Notes: generated by a model from the letters alone, not told the origin. A DNA stretch of 64,000 bases from Candidatus Poribacteria bacterium (GCA_965205065.1 CBDBFT010000001.1:5102569-5166568), one strand, 5' to 3'; counted from the first letter of the stretch, positions 1 to 11,235 are shown. Translations and numbers: made by a program.

Positions 1-137
1 TATTTTTAGTAGATTGTCAATCTGTTTTAGGTCTTATTTATCCCCAGTTCTTAAGACTCCATATTTGTATGCCTTATCATAGTAGTTGTGCAAGAGTGTA
101 TTGTTGATATGACCTTCTTACAAAGTGTGGTAATGCT

Positions 138-1214
138 TTGTCAAATCAATTTCTTGACCATCGTCAAAAAGGAAATGCTATGAATCGACACGTGCAGTCT
201 AAAGCCTATCGTCAGAAATATCACAAATTTGCGTTTTATATTTCAATGGTTGTTCACCTGATATTTGTCATGGTGGTGATGCTTTTGTTGAAAAACTCTG
301 AAATTCAAGAGCTGGAAGATGAAATCCAAGTAAAACATTTTACTGAACTTCCGCTACAGCGAATCGTCAATGAAAGACCTAAACAGGTCGTAAAAAAAGA
401 AACACCTTCGGCTGAGACACCAGAATCCCGAATAGGAATGGTGAAAATGCCTTCAGGTTGGACAACAGTCGTTGATATTCATCCAACATCGTTAAAGCTA
501 GCTGATGTTGATGTCTCCACGTTAGCGGACGCGCCAGATTTATCAACATATGCGGATTTACCTACGACACCTAAACCTATATTGTCTCCACCCCGCAAAG
601 ACATAGGGAGGGGCACAGGGAGCAGTGACGTGGGGAACCCTACTTTTGGCAGCACGATTGGGGACTTAACAGACACTATTATCGCGAGCAGTGGCGGTTT
701 GCCCATTGATGTTGTCTTTATCGTGGATGCCTCTGGGAGTATGAGGGATAACATCAACTCTGTTGCGGAACACCTTGGACAAATGGTGGACGCATACAAA
801 GCCTCTGAAATAGACTATCAACTCGGTCTCACACGTTTCCGAGCAAATTTATCTTTTATCACAAATATAAAAACGTTTCAAAATGATATACTGGTATGGC
901 AGCTCACGAAGGACTTAGCAGCATATAAAGCACGCGTCTACGCAATTATAGCAAGGTCCAGTGCAGATGAAAACGCTTTAGATGCGATCCATCAGACATT
1001 GAAACGACTCAAATTCCGAACAAATACGATCAAACACCTAATCGTTGTCACAGATGAACCTTTCACAACCCTTGAAGGACATAGTGTAGAGCATACCATA
1101 CAAGCATGTCAACGTGCCGAACTCATCGTGCATGTGCTCGGTAGGAATTTCCCCGATCATAGACGACTGGCAGCAGCAACAGGTGGAAGTTGGCATGTTG
1201 TCCCACACGATTAG
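138..1214 (+). CDS. von Willebrand factor type A (vWA) domain membrane protein
   Basis: N-terminal hydrophobic helix (FAFYISMVVHLIFVMVVMLLL). MIDAS-like motif VVFIVDASGSMRDN followed by a typical vWA fold pattern. The track start is TTG; an in-frame ATG at 180 is an alternative start. Confidence 0.6.
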   Translation: MSNQFLDHRQKGNAMNRHVQSKAYRQKYHKFAFYISMVVHLIFVMVVMLLLKNSEIQELEDEIQVKHFTELPLQRIVNERPKQVVKKETPSAETPESRIGMVKMPSGWTTVVDIHPTSLKLADVDVSTLADAPDLSTYADLPTTPKPILSPPRKDIGRGTGSSDVGNPTFGSTIGDLTDTIIASSGGLPIDVVFIVDASGSMRDNINSVAEHLGQMVDAYKASEIDYQLGLTRFRANLSFITNIKTFQNDILVWQLTKDLAAYKARVYAIIARSSADENALDAIHQTLKRLKFRTNTIKHLIVVTDEPFTTLEGHSVEHTIQACQRAELIVHVLGRNFPDHRRLAAATGGSWHVVPHD

Positions 1215-1256
1215 TATGCTGTTCCACACGATCCATGAGAGAAAGTGTGAATGTAA

Positions 1257-1490
1257 TCATAATGAAATAGTATAACACGATTTTATATATAATGCGTAAG
1301 TCCTGCCAAGGACATGTCCAACAACTCTTTCACCAACAAATGCCAAACGAATGCCTTCTGGTTCAAGGGACGGGGTGTTAAACTTTTTTAGGTAATGGTT
1401 TTCACTGCATTGCTCAGCTGGGATTAACAATTTTAGAACAGCATCATCATCACCAGGCTGCCAATACCTATATGTAATTGTGCTATGCAT
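1257..1490 (-). CDS. hypothetical 77-aa ORF, possibly a truncated GNAT acetyltransferase N-terminal remnant
   Basis: A weak GNAT-like pattern (YRYWQPGDDDAVLKLL ... RLAFVGERVVGHVLG). The ORF stops at a TGA just before the convergent vWA gene, and the downstream frame is meaningless. Confidence 0.2.
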   Translation of the reverse strand: MHSTITYRYWQPGDDDAVLKLLIPAEQCSENHYLKKFNTPSLEPEGIRLAFVGERVVGHVLGRTYALYIKSCYTISL

Positions 1491-1710
1491 AAGTCTCCTT
1501 TAGTGGAACGTAGTTTTCACATCTATTACACAGTTACGGATGCACTTTCTAAGACTACTCAATGGATAGTTTTTGGGTGTGTAAAGTTATTGCACGCTAC
1601 ATCTATGAGAGTAATGTTTTGGAAAATGAAGTTCATATACCTATTATCAAACTCACGTTATGTAAATTTGGCTTTACAAAAAACTGAGGATAAATCAGAT
1701 TGCTAATTAC

Positions 1711-1740
1711 TTGAATTTCCCGATGGTTCTGTGCTATAAT
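1711..1740 (+). promoter_or_regulatory. sigma70-like promoter (TTGAAT-18-TATAAT) upstream of the cyclase gene
   Basis: ttgaat at 1711-1716 and tataat at 1735-1740. It shares the 15-bp string taattacttgaattt with the xylA promoter at 7521. Confidence 0.4.
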
Positions 1741-1775
1741 TGCACAGATGTTAGACAATAGAGTGAGAAGAATTA

Positions 1776-2456
1776 ATGAAACTTGAATTTCAAAATGTGG
1801 TTGATCTGTCTTATGTTGTAGATGAAAAGAGTCCTCGTGAGTTGCCGATTGATCCAGTTAGAATCTATGATCAGGCTACGTTAGAAAAAGATGGTTATTT
1901 TGAAAGTCGGGTTGATATGTCTGGACATTGCTCCACACATATTGACACGCCGTGTTTGATGTACCCCGATGGTTATACTGTTGCAGAAATACCTAAGGAA
2001 AAACTGACAGGACATGCAGTTCTCATGGATTTCTCTGCTATAAAAAAACCGAAAGAGGCGGTTACGGCAAAAGATGTTGAAGACTGGGTCAATGTAAACG
2101 GTGAAATCCCAAGTGCCAGTATTGTGTTTATGCGTACCGGTATGGATAGGTACGTTTATCAAGAGAACTTCAATCAGGAATGGATCGGCTTTAGTGAAGA
2201 TGCGGCTGAATTACTTGTTCAGAAGGGTATCAAAGTCATCGGTACAGATGCTTGCAGTATAGATTCTGTTGCGGGACATCCACCGTTGCATGATGGACTG
2301 CCTCCAGCACATCTGGTATTTCTCGGTGCTGGTATCCCTCATGTTGAGGATTTGTGCAATTTAAGCAAATTACCGACGCATTTCTATGCAGTCATTGCAC
2401 CTCTTAAGTTGGCACGTAGTTCCGGAGCACCGACTCGGGTTTTTGCATTCGTGTAG
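1776..2456 (+). CDS. cyclase family protein (arylformamidase / kynurenine formamidase-like)
   Basis: Carries the HxGTHxDxPxH metal motif (SGHCSTHIDTPCLM) and the overall cyclase-family pattern. An AAGAATTAATG ribosome-binding context precedes the start. Confidence 0.7.
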   Translation: MKLEFQNVVDLSYVVDEKSPRELPIDPVRIYDQATLEKDGYFESRVDMSGHCSTHIDTPCLMYPDGYTVAEIPKEKLTGHAVLMDFSAIKKPKEAVTAKDVEDWVNVNGEIPSASIVFMRTGMDRYVYQENFNQEWIGFSEDAAELLVQKGIKVIGTDACSIDSVAGHPPLHDGLPPAHLVFLGAGIPHVEDLCNLSKLPTHFYAVIAPLKLARSSGAPTRVFAFV

Positions 2457-2501
2457 ATCCTTGTTAGCACTTCCAGACGAAGACTGCACCCTAATAGAAA
2501 A

Positions 2502-3971
2502 ATGGAAATGTTTATTCCAGACTCACTCTTAAAGACGTTACAGGAGATAGGTGAAATCGGAGGAGCAGATGCATATCTTGTAGGGGGGTCTGTCAGGGAC
2601 CTAATACTGAGGCGAGAAACTTACGATATTGACATTGTGGTTGAAGGAGATGCAATCAGCGTTGCAGAAAGGGTGAAGACAAAATGGAATGGTGAAATAC
2701 AGATCCATCATCAATTTGGCACAGCAACAGTAATAACTGGAAACCTAAACTATCCAAAGATAGATTTTGTCACTGCCCGTCGTGAAACATATCAACAACC
2801 TGCAACGTTACCTAAAGTAGAACCGGGGACACTGTCGGATGACCTGCTGCGAAGAGATTTTTCAATTAATGCATTAGCGATGTGTATAAATTCAGGTGAT
2901 TTCGGTCATGTAATTGATATTACTGGAGGAATTGAAGATTTAAAGACGGGTACGATTAGAGTCTTACATAGAGGTAGTTATATTGATGATCCAACCCGGA
3001 TTTTTCGTGCTTTTAGGTATGCGGGACGTTACAACTTTGGTATCAGCGAAACTGACTCTGACTTGATTAAGGAAGCATTACCTTTAATATCAGAACTCAG
3101 CGGTGAGAGAATACGGAATGAATTGGATAGGATATTACTTGAAGATAAAGCAACGGAGATTGTCCGATTGCTATCTAAATTTGGCATTTATGAGGTGATC
3201 TTCAAAGATTGGAGAATCTCTCCGAGCCACATAAATGGTCTGAAAACTGCTGAAAATGCACTTAAGTGGTCATCTATACATCTTAAAGACGAAACTTTAC
3301 TGAAGAAAAATATAAGATGGATGGCATTTTTCGGTTTGGACGATTCTGACTGCTTGAAAACGTATCACATTGAAGCTTTATGTTACAGGCTCGTATTGGA
3401 TCATCAACTTCACCGTATCGCTGGTAATCTGAAAGAAACTGTATGTGAAGAAGTATCTCTAACTGTGCTTAGAGGTGTGTTTGAGAAAGTTGGACACGGT
3501 TTGGCAGATAATACAACTTTTGATTTTATCAACGGAAAATGGTTTTTAGTTGACTCTGACAATAAGAACACTTATATATATGATGAAGGTGATATATTTA
3601 AAGTACAGACACCATTAGCAACATATTCTGGACTTAAGAGTGCGCTGCGTAAGATAGTTGAAGATACGCGTGATAGCGACATATATTATCTGCTTCATGA
3701 ATTTCCTTTAGAGACTCTTGTGTTAGGATTTAATGATCGGAATTTATCTGAGTTTCATCGTGATTGTATCGGTTTATTTCTCATGAAGCAACGTGATGTG
3801 CGACCGATAATAACAGGTGATGATTTGATTCAATGGGGAGAAACACCTGGTAAGGATTTTCAGAAACTGCTGCGTTATCTTTTTGCTGCGCAATTAGACG
3901 GTAGGTTCTCTTCCAAAGAGGATGGTTTCAGAGTGTTTCAACAGTATGGGTTTCAACAATATGGACAATAA
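2502..3971 (+). CDS. tRNA nucleotidyltransferase / poly(A) polymerase family protein (CCA-adding enzyme-like)
   Basis: Pol-beta head-domain motifs GGSVRDLIL, DIDIVV and RRDFSINALAM. Confidence 0.7.
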   Translation: MEMFIPDSLLKTLQEIGEIGGADAYLVGGSVRDLILRRETYDIDIVVEGDAISVAERVKTKWNGEIQIHHQFGTATVITGNLNYPKIDFVTARRETYQQPATLPKVEPGTLSDDLLRRDFSINALAMCINSGDFGHVIDITGGIEDLKTGTIRVLHRGSYIDDPTRIFRAFRYAGRYNFGISETDSDLIKEALPLISELSGERIRNELDRILLEDKATEIVRLLSKFGIYEVIFKDWRISPSHINGLKTAENALKWSSIHLKDETLLKKNIRWMAFFGLDDSDCLKTYHIEALCYRLVLDHQLHRIAGNLKETVCEEVSLTVLRGVFEKVGHGLADNTTFDFINGKWFLVDSDNKNTYIYDEGDIFKVQTPLATYSGLKSALRKIVEDTRDSDIYYLLHEFPLETLVLGFNDRNLSEFHRDCIGLFLMKQRDVRPIITGDDLIQWGETPGKDFQKLLRYLFAAQLDGRFSSKEDGFRVFQQYGFQQYGQ

Positions 3972-4020
3972 ATGAACAAAATTTATAAAACACTAATTTA
4001 TGATGGAACAGAGATAAAAC

Positions 4021-4728
4021 ATGCCCTTTAATCCAGATCAGATATGGTATGCAATACTTATCGTAACGCAATTCATCATTTTGCTAACCTTCCACGAGTG
4101 GGCGCATGCGAAATCGGCAAATATGTTAGGGGATCCTACAGCGAGAGACTTAGGTCGAATGTCGCTTAATCCCGCTGTTCATATAGATCCCATTGGTACA
4201 CTCATCTTACCGCTTATAGGAGCACTTATGCAAGGAGGATTTTTTGGTTGGGCAAAACCTGTGCCCGTTGATCCCTATAACCTGAGAAACCCCAGACGGG
4301 ATCTTATGCTGATTGCAGGAGCGGGTCCGTTGATGAATATCGTCTTGACTTTTGCTATATTTTTTCTCATTGCAGGGGTAAGACTTGTCTTTGACATCTT
4401 TGGCTTAATAACAGATCATCGTGACATATATGAACAAGTTGAAAAATTCTTAGAGACATCAGCGCATATTAGTGTCTTCCTTGCAGTGTTTAACATGTTA
4501 CCACTTTTTCCGTTGGATGGTTTCAGTGTTCTCAACGGATTATTACCAGAGAGAGCATCAAGAGATTTCTATAAACTTGCTCCTTATGGAATGCCAATTT
4601 TAATGGCATTGATTTTTCTACCTTACGTTCTACCAATTGGAATAGGTCCTTTATCTTTCTTAAGTAATGTTTCGTATTATATATTTTTCCATATTAGGAA
4701 AATCGTAGAGGTAATAGGTGTACTTTAA
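4021..4728 (+). CDS. site-2 protease family (peptidase M50) membrane metalloprotease
   Basis: HExxH motif (HEWAH), the conserved NMLPLFPLDG motif, and multiple TM helices. Confidence 0.65.
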   Translation: MPFNPDQIWYAILIVTQFIILLTFHEWAHAKSANMLGDPTARDLGRMSLNPAVHIDPIGTLILPLIGALMQGGFFGWAKPVPVDPYNLRNPRRDLMLIAGAGPLMNIVLTFAIFFLIAGVRLVFDIFGLITDHRDIYEQVEKFLETSAHISVFLAVFNMLPLFPLDGFSVLNGLLPERASRDFYKLAPYGMPILMALIFLPYVLPIGIGPLSFLSNVSYYIFFHIRKIVEVIGVL

Positions 4729-4756
4729 CTGTTGAAAAAACCTACACGATTATTAA

Positions 4757-5560
4757 ATGAAAATGCTATCCGACATTAAACTTACCAACTCAGAAACCCA
4801 ACGATTCTATGATGTCAAATTAGAGGGTTTTGAGGGACCTCTTGACCTGCTACTTCATCTCATACAGAATGAGGAGATGAATATAAATGATATTCAGATT
4901 GCTAAGATTACTGACCAATATCTGGATTATGTGAATCTTATGGATCAATTGGATTTGGATGTTGCATCTGAATTTTTGGTCATGGCTGCAACACTTTTAC
5001 ATATCAAGTCTCAAAGTATCCTTCCACAGATAGTTCCAAGTATAGCACATCCGATCAGTAATCAACAACAGCTCGTTCAACAGTTATTAGAATATAAACG
5101 CTTTAAAGGAGCAGCACAGGTTTTAGATGTATTTGCTGAAAGGCGAACTGCAATATACAACAGGAGTCCTGAGCTACACGCGGAATTAGATGGGTCGCGT
5201 TCTTATGAGATTAGAGCGACGCTTTTCGATCTGTTAACAGCGTTCAAGAACATCAATGACAAGATTTCGCAACTTGATCCGGAGGAACAATTTCACACCG
5301 TAGAAGAAGAGAGCATTACGGTCGAGGAAAAGATTGCGTTTATACAGAGACGTTTAGATGTAGAAGAGCAGCTGCATTTTGATAGTCTCTTTCCGTTATC
5401 TTCAAGTAAAATTGATTTAATCGTCACATTTCTTGCGATTTTAGAATTAATTCGTATTGGAACGGTTGTTACTGTACAGACGGGTCTATTTGAGAGCATC
5501 TATATTGTCAAAGCCAAGGTTGAAAGGGATACTGTGCCTAACATATCACTGAAGGAATAG
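4757..5560 (+). CDS. scpA: segregation and condensation protein A
   Basis: N-terminal FEGPLDLLLHLIQ signature of ScpA. It sits immediately upstream of scpB. Confidence 0.8.
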   Translation: MKMLSDIKLTNSETQRFYDVKLEGFEGPLDLLLHLIQNEEMNINDIQIAKITDQYLDYVNLMDQLDLDVASEFLVMAATLLHIKSQSILPQIVPSIAHPISNQQQLVQQLLEYKRFKGAAQVLDVFAERRTAIYNRSPELHAELDGSRSYEIRATLFDLLTAFKNINDKISQLDPEEQFHTVEEESITVEEKIAFIQRRLDVEEQLHFDSLFPLSSSKIDLIVTFLAILELIRIGTVVTVQTGLFESIYIVKAKVERDTVPNISLKE

Positions 5561-5571
5561 GATTAAAGCCG

Positions 5572-6201
5572 ATGGAAGCAGATAATGGAAATGGTGATGG
5601 CAAGTTGAGTTTGACCGAAATACCTTTAGAAGAGAATGTGAAGTCTATCTTGGAGGCAATTCTATTCGCCGCCAGTGAACCGATAACGATAAGACAGTTT
5701 CAGCATGCGCTGCCAGGACTGAATGCTCGTGTTATTCGTAGGTCTCTTGCGGAGCTTGGCGATGCGTATCGAGAGACAGGACGAAGTTTTGCCCTTGTAG
5801 AAATTGCGAATGGATTTCAGATATCTACGCGTCCAGAGTATTCTGAGTGGATTCGTAAGTTCTATATTCAACAGGTCCGTGTCACGTTGTCACCTTCTGC
5901 GTTAGAAACGCTTGCAATTATTGCGTATAAACAACCTGTAACACGAGCAGATGTTGCCAGTATACGTGGTGTCAATAGTGATAGTGTTATAAACGCGCTT
6001 GTTGAAAAGGATCTTGTCTGTGTTTCTGGCAGGAAAGAGGGGGCAGGACGTTCCCTACTTTTTTCAACGACTGATACATTTCTTCAACAGTTTGGCTTAA
6101 AAGATTCATCAGAATTACCCTCACTTGATGAGATTGAGCAGTTCTTATCTACATCAAATAACCTGGACCATCTCAATTCAGTTCAGGAGGAGGTAGAATA
6201 G
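5572..6201 (+). CDS. scpB: segregation and condensation protein B
   Basis: ScpB N-terminal pattern LEAILFAASEPITIRQF, with tandem winged-helix spacing. It follows scpA after an 11-bp gap. Confidence 0.8.
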   Translation: MEADNGNGDGKLSLTEIPLEENVKSILEAILFAASEPITIRQFQHALPGLNARVIRRSLAELGDAYRETGRSFALVEIANGFQISTRPEYSEWIRKFYIQQVRVTLSPSALETLAIIAYKQPVTRADVASIRGVNSDSVINALVEKDLVCVSGRKEGAGRSLLFSTTDTFLQQFGLKDSSELPSLDEIEQFLSTSNNLDHLNSVQEEVE

Positions 6202-7523
6202 TGACTTTCAATGCATGGTTTGAATGTGATTTAGGATGTAAGTTTCCGCTTACAGACATCATCTATCGTTGTAAGAGTTGTGATGGGTTGTTGCAAGTTC
6301 AGCACGACATGGAAGCACTAAAGAAACGCAGTGCGGATGACTGGAAGTCTCTTTTTGAAGAACGGTATATGCGCACTGAATATCCTTATGGCAGTGGTGT
6401 TTGGGGAAAGAAGGAACTTGTTTGTCCGATTATTGATGATGAGAATATTATCTCAATGTATGAAGGTGGAACGAATCTTTTCTGGGCTGAACGTTTCGGG
6501 AAACAACTTGGTGTATCAGACTTGTGGATTAAGCAGTGTGGCAATAGTCATACGGGTTCATTCAAGGACCTCGGTATGACTGTTCTCGTTTCTATGGTTA
6601 AACAGATCATGGCTGAATCGGGTAATATACGTGCTGTTATGTGTGCTTCAACGGGTGATACTTCGGCTTCGTTAGCTGCGTATGCTTCTGCTGCAGGCAT
6701 TCCAGCTATTATTCTGTTACCTAAAGAGAAAGTTACTCGTGAACAACTCATCCAACCCATTGCAAATGGTGCTTTAACACTTTCACTTGAAACGGATTTT
6801 GATGGGTGCATGTCGATTGTCCAGAGACTTGCAGATAGAGAAGAATTCTATCTTGCGAACTCTATCAATTCTCTACGGATTGAGGGACAGAAAACAATAA
6901 GTATAGAAATCGTGCAACAGTTCGATTGGGAGGTACCTGATTGGATCATTATTCCGGGAGGTAATCTTGGCAATGTTTCAGCACTCGGTTTAGGTTTCCT
7001 TATGATGTTAGAATTAGGTATGATTGACAAGCTTCCGCGTATCGCTTGTGCCCAGGCGGAGCGTGCAAATCCCCTCTATAGAAGTTATCAGACTGGATTT
7101 ACTGAGTTCAAAGCGATTACTGCCCAATCTACGCAGGCAACAGCGATCCAGATAGGTAATCCTGTTTCTATTCATCGTGCTATTCGTGTCTTACAGAAAT
7201 TTGATGGGATCGTTGATCAGGCATCTGAGGATGAATTGGCAGATGCAGCAGCGAGAGCTGATAGAACAGGTCTATTTAATTGTCCTCACACGGGAGTTGC
7301 ATTGGCAGTATTGATAAAAATGATTGAACGGAAACAGATAGCAACGAGTGATAGAGTTATCGTTATTTCGACAGCGAACGGCTTAAAATTTCCTGATTTC
7401 AAAGTGGATTATCATAATGTCACTCCTAATTCGCCTCCTCCACAATACTTAAACTCTCCGATTGAACTTGAAGCTAACTTTGACAATGTTCTTAGACATA
7501 TAGACGAACATCTTGATGTTTAA
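6201..7523 (+). CDS. thrC: threonine synthase
   Basis: PLP-lysine motif [11 protein letters not shown], an N-terminal Cys-rich ribbon and the overall ThrC pattern. The start overlaps the scpB stop. Confidence 0.8.
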   Translation: MTFNAWFECDLGCKFPLTDIIYRCKSCDGLLQVQHDMEALKKRSADDWKSLFEERYMRTEYPYGSGVWGKKELVCPIIDDENIISMYEGGTNLFWAERFGKQLGVSDLWIKQCGNSHTGSFKDLGMTVLVSMVKQIMAESGNIRAVMCASTGDTSASLAAYASAAGIPAIILLPKEKVTREQLIQPIANGALTLSLETDFDGCMSIVQRLADREEFYLANSINSLRIEGQKTISIEIVQQFDWEVPDWIIIPGGNLGNVSALGLGFLMMLELGMIDKLPRIACAQAERANPLYRSYQTGFTEFKAITAQSTQATAIQIGNPVSIHRAIRVLQKFDGIVDQASEDELADAAARADRTGLFNCPHTGVALAVLIKMIERKQIATSDRVIVISTANGLKFPDFKVDYHNVTPNSPPPQYLNSPIELEANFDNVLRHIDEHLDV

Positions 7524-7527
7524 TTAC

Positions 7528-7556
7528 TTGAATTTGATCGTATTTTATGTTATAAT
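7528..7556 (+). promoter_or_regulatory. sigma70-like promoter TTGAAT-17-TATAAT for xylA
   Basis: -35 at 7528-7533 and -10 at 7551-7556, directly after the thrC stop. Confidence 0.45.
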
Positions 7557-7590
7557 CCTAAAAAAATCAGAAAATGATAGGAGAATATGC

Positions 7591-8760
7591 ATGTCAGATC
7601 AGTATCAGTCTAAACCGGAGCACAAGTTTACTTTTGGGTTGTGGACAGTGGGAAATCCGGGACGTGATCCATTTGGAGATATTGTAAGACCCCCCTTAAA
7701 ACCTACGTATAGTGTACAGAAGCTTAGCGAATTAGGTGCGTACGGCGTCAATTTACACGACAACGATCTCGTTCCGTTTGAGGCTTCTGTAAGTGAACGT
7801 GACGCAATTGTCAGTGAATTCAAGAAGGCTCTTTCAGATTACAATATGAGAGTGCCGATGGCGACTACCAACCTATTCTATCACCCAATATTCAAAGACG
7901 GTGCATTTACCTCTAACGATCCAAAAGTTAGAGCGTTTGCTATGCAGAAAACCTTAAACGCGATAGATCTCGGTGTGGAACTCGGCGCAAAGGTATATGT
8001 ATTCTGGGGTGGACGTGAAGGCGCGGAAGTTGATGCTGCGAAAGATGGTCCGGATACAGTGAAATGGAATCGTGAGGCGATGAATTTCTTCACACACTAT
8101 GTCAAAGATCAAGGTTACGATCTTAAATTTGCGTTAGAAGCAAAACCGAACGAACCTCGCGGTGACATCTATTTACCCACGACAGGCCACATGCTGCATT
8201 TTATTGAGACGCTTGATCATCCTGAAATGGTTGGCGTTAACCCAGAATTCGCGCATGAAACGATGGCTGGATTGAGTTTCTTGCACGGTGTTGCACAAGC
8301 TTATGAAGCAGGGAAACTTTTCCACATTGATCTCAACGACCAGAAAATGAGTAGATTTGATCAGGACTTACGATTCGGTTCTGAGAACATAAAAAGTGCC
8401 TTTTTCCTTGTGAAATTTCTTGAAGATGTGAGTTGGGAAGGCAACAGACATTTTGATGCACATGCATACCGGACAGAAGACGAACAAGGCGTTTGGGACT
8501 TCGCAGCGGGATGTATGCGTAGTTATCTGATACTAAAGGAAAAAGCAGATAGGTTCAATGAAGATGCGGAAATCCAAGGTATTATTTCTGAGCTGCGTGC
8601 TCGCGATCCTGAACTTGAAACTATCATGGCGAAGTATAGCACTGATAGCTTAGAAAAATTAAGAAAGATAGATTTTCAACCGGACATCATTGCCAAGAAA
8701 GGTCTTGGATACGAGAAGTTAGATCAGCTCACATTTGAAATTCTTACGGGTGTTAGATAG
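7591..8760 (+). CDS. xylA: xylose isomerase (class I, short form)
   Basis: N-terminal [17 protein letters not shown] signature of actinobacterial-type XylA. Start trimmed to the ATG at 7591, preceded by the AGGAG ribosome-binding site at 7578. Confidence 0.85.
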   Translation: MSDQYQSKPEHKFTFGLWTVGNPGRDPFGDIVRPPLKPTYSVQKLSELGAYGVNLHDNDLVPFEASVSERDAIVSEFKKALSDYNMRVPMATTNLFYHPIFKDGAFTSNDPKVRAFAMQKTLNAIDLGVELGAKVYVFWGGREGAEVDAAKDGPDTVKWNREAMNFFTHYVKDQGYDLKFALEAKPNEPRGDIYLPTTGHMLHFIETLDHPEMVGVNPEFAHETMAGLSFLHGVAQAYEAGKLFHIDLNDQKMSRFDQDLRFGSENIKSAFFLVKFLEDVSWEGNRHFDAHAYRTEDEQGVWDFAAGCMRSYLILKEKADRFNEDAEIQGIISELRARDPELETIMAKYSTDSLEKLRKIDFQPDIIAKKGLGYEKLDQLTFEILTGVR

Positions 8761-8806
8761 GGCATGCATCTTGCTTTCATATCATTAGACTGTTGGAGCA
8801 TCCCAG

Positions 8807-10711
8807 ATGAGTACTCTGATTATTGCTGTTCTAAGTTTCATCGGTTTTATCGTTGCTTACAATACTTATGGTAAGTGGTTAGCACGGAAGATTTTCGGTT
8901 TAGATCCTGAAGCGAAAGTACCGAGTCAAGAACTAAAAGATGACGTTGATTATGTTCCTACCAAAAAAGAGATCATCTTTGGTCACCATTTCACGAGCAT
9001 TGCAGGTACAGGTCCGATTGTAGGTCCTGCTATTGCTGTTTTTTGGGGTTGGTTACCAGCACTTCTGTGGGTTGTGCTCGGTTCTGTTTTTATCGGTGCT
9101 GTTCATGACTTCGGTGCTCTTGTCGTTTCGCTTCGCAATCGTGGACAAAGTGTAGGTGAAGTCGCTGGTAGGATGATTGGTCCACGTGCGAAATTTCTAT
9201 TTCTGATCGTCCTCTTTATGGGTTTGACGATTGTCCTCGCTGTTTTTGGCTTAGTCATAGCCTTTATTTTTTCTCTATATCCTGAATCTGTCCTATCTGT
9301 CTGGGTTGAAATCCCGCTTGCTGTTGCTATCGGTATTTGGATTTACCGAAAGGGTGGCAATATCCTTATCCCTTCCATTGTTGCTCTGGGTATTATGTAT
9401 ATTGGCATGGCTGTCGGTGCGTATGTTCTTCCGATAGACTTAAGCAAATGGTTGGGAATTGACCTAATCGGTTCTTCCTTCCTGAACGTAGTGGTAATAT
9501 GGACGTTAGTGCTGTTCGTTTACTGTTTTATTGCATCCGTGCTTCCAGTATGGACACTTCTACAACCGCGTGATTTTATCAATAGTCATGAGCTGGTATT
9601 AGCACTTGCCTTATTAGTGCTTGGACTTGCAGTTGCGGGATTTACAGGAGAAGCTGACCTGTTTTCATCGGCACCAGCTATTGCGAAAGACATTCCACCT
9701 GATGCCCCACCGATTTGGCCTTTCCTATTCATTACCATTGCTTGTGGTGCTGTCAGCGGGTTTCACTGCATGGTGAGTTCGGGAACTTCAAGCAAACAGG
9801 TTGCTTCAGAAGAAGATGCACAATATGTTGGATACGGTGCAATGCTTCTTGAAGGTGGACTTGCTGTTGTTGTCATCATAGCATGTTGTGCGGGGATAGG
9901 TATGGGTATTTTCACTCGCACACCAGACCCTGTAAGTGCTGGGGGTTATAGGTTCCAACCTGTACTGATAGATGGTAGTTCAGAAGCAGTTACAAAACAC
10001 GATGCTTGGCGAGACAGATATGCTTTAGAAACAAAGCAGTATAAAGAAGATGGAACTCCAGATGTTAAGGGTGGGTGGGGGAGCCTTAGTTTGGGTAAGA
10101 AGGTCGGTGCATTTGTTGAGGGGGGTGGTAATTTCCTTGCTGCACTCGGTATTCCGCTGAAAATGGGAATAGCAATTATGGCAGTGCTTGTTGCAAGTTT
10201 TGCTGCGACAACATTGGATACTGCCACAAGACTGCAACGTTATGTGGTACACGAACTCGCGCAGACTGTTAACTTTCGCCCTTTGATGAACCGATACATA
10301 GCGACAGCGTTTGCTCTAATTCTTGCTGCTGCTGTAGCACTTCTGCAGGGACCAAGGGGACCGGGTAGCGGTGGACTAACACTTTGGCCCCTATTCGGTG
10401 CTACGAACCAACTGCTTGCGGGTTTAGCATTTATGGTCATTGTTTTCTATCTCATTCGTCGAAATAAACCTATATGGTTTGCTTTCATTCCTATGGTTGT
10501 TATGCTAATTATGCCTGCGTGGGCAATGTTACACCAGATGTTTAATCCTACAACAGGATGGCTTTTTGAAGGTAAATATCTGCTTTTTGTTTTCGGTTTA
10601 ATTGTTGAAGGTTTGCAATTTTGGATGATTGTTGAAGGTGTTATCGCATGGCGAAATGCTCGGGGTAATTATCCCGAACTTCCACCTTTAGAGACAATAC
10701 CTGCTGATTGA
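8807..10711 (+). CDS. cstA: carbon starvation protein A (CstA family peptide/pyruvate transporter)
   Basis: Conserved GHHFTSIAGTGPIVGP...GWLPALLWVVLGSVFIGAVHDF block. About 16 TM helices. Confidence 0.85.
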   Translation: MSTLIIAVLSFIGFIVAYNTYGKWLARKIFGLDPEAKVPSQELKDDVDYVPTKKEIIFGHHFTSIAGTGPIVGPAIAVFWGWLPALLWVVLGSVFIGAVHDFGALVVSLRNRGQSVGEVAGRMIGPRAKFLFLIVLFMGLTIVLAVFGLVIAFIFSLYPESVLSVWVEIPLAVAIGIWIYRKGGNILIPSIVALGIMYIGMAVGAYVLPIDLSKWLGIDLIGSSFLNVVVIWTLVLFVYCFIASVLPVWTLLQPRDFINSHELVLALALLVLGLAVAGFTGEADLFSSAPAIAKDIPPDAPPIWPFLFITIACGAVSGFHCMVSSGTSSKQVASEEDAQYVGYGAMLLEGGLAVVVIIACCAGIGMGIFTRTPDPVSAGGYRFQPVLIDGSSEAVTKHDAWRDRYALETKQYKEDGTPDVKGGWGSLSLGKKVGAFVEGGGNFLAALGIPLKMGIAIMAVLVASFAATTLDTATRLQRYVVHELAQTVNFRPLMNRYIATAFALILAAAVALLQGPRGPGSGGLTLWPLFGATNQLLAGLAFMVIVFYLIRRNKPIWFAFIPMVVMLIMPAWAMLHQMFNPTTGWLFEGKYLLFVFGLIVEGLQFWMIVEGVIAWRNARGNYPELPPLETIPAD

Positions 10712-10778
10712 AAAGGGGTAAATTGAAGACATTGAAAACTAACTCAGTACTAAATTTCGCCCTTAGGAGAACACACAA

Positions 10779-11066
10779 ATGAACCGTACAAATAGACAGC
10801 ATAGGTTAGATCATCTGCGGCTCCGTGAAGCTGAAGGAATTCTAACAAAGCAAGAGCAAGTAGAACTTTCTGCCATCTTCGCTGATTTAGATGCTGAGGA
10901 AGCAGAGGCATTGAAACCAACGAAGGAAAAAAGCAGAAAATTACACGAAGAGAAAGCGGAGCTGGAAGAAACTGCCTTGCAATTACAAGAAATCGTTTCT
11001 GAACATAAGCAACTGTTGACTGATGCTCAGTCATACCTGACAGAACTCCGAATCAGAAACATTTGA
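10779..11066 (+). CDS. hypothetical charged coiled-coil protein
   Basis: ORF with a GGAGAACACACAAATG ribosome-binding context downstream of cstA. No recognisable domain, and it is not YbdD-like. Confidence 0.35.
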   Translation: MNRTNRQHRLDHLRLREAEGILTKQEQVELSAIFADLDAEEAEALKPTKEKSRKLHEEKAELEETALQLQEIVSEHKQLLTDAQSYLTELRIRNI

Positions 11067-11154
11067 AAAGCATAAAATTACAATGTAAAATATATCATAA
11101 AGTCCTGATTCAAACTATAACTTGTTCAAAAATATTTGTAAAGTACAAAAATGC

Positions 11155-11172
11155 AATGTATAATATAACAAT
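11155..11172. promoter_or_regulatory. candidate Zur/Fur-family operator (imperfect TGTaTAATATAACA palindrome) overlapping a -10 element
   Basis: aatgtataatataacaat resembles the gammaproteobacterial Zur box AATGTTATAATATAACATT with one base missing. It sits 60 bp upstream of the Cys/His-rich gene that heads the metal island. Confidence 0.2.
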
Positions 11173-11235
11173 AGTTGGAAGTCAAAATGTTGAAAGAAAA
11201 GAAACTACTCAATCAAGAAACATTGTTAACACAAC

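Noticed and set aside
1200-1490. GNAT-like fragment terminating in TGA as a Sec-containing gene
   Set aside because: The frame after the TGA is low-complexity antisense of the vWA gene and meaningless. A truncated remnant is more likely.
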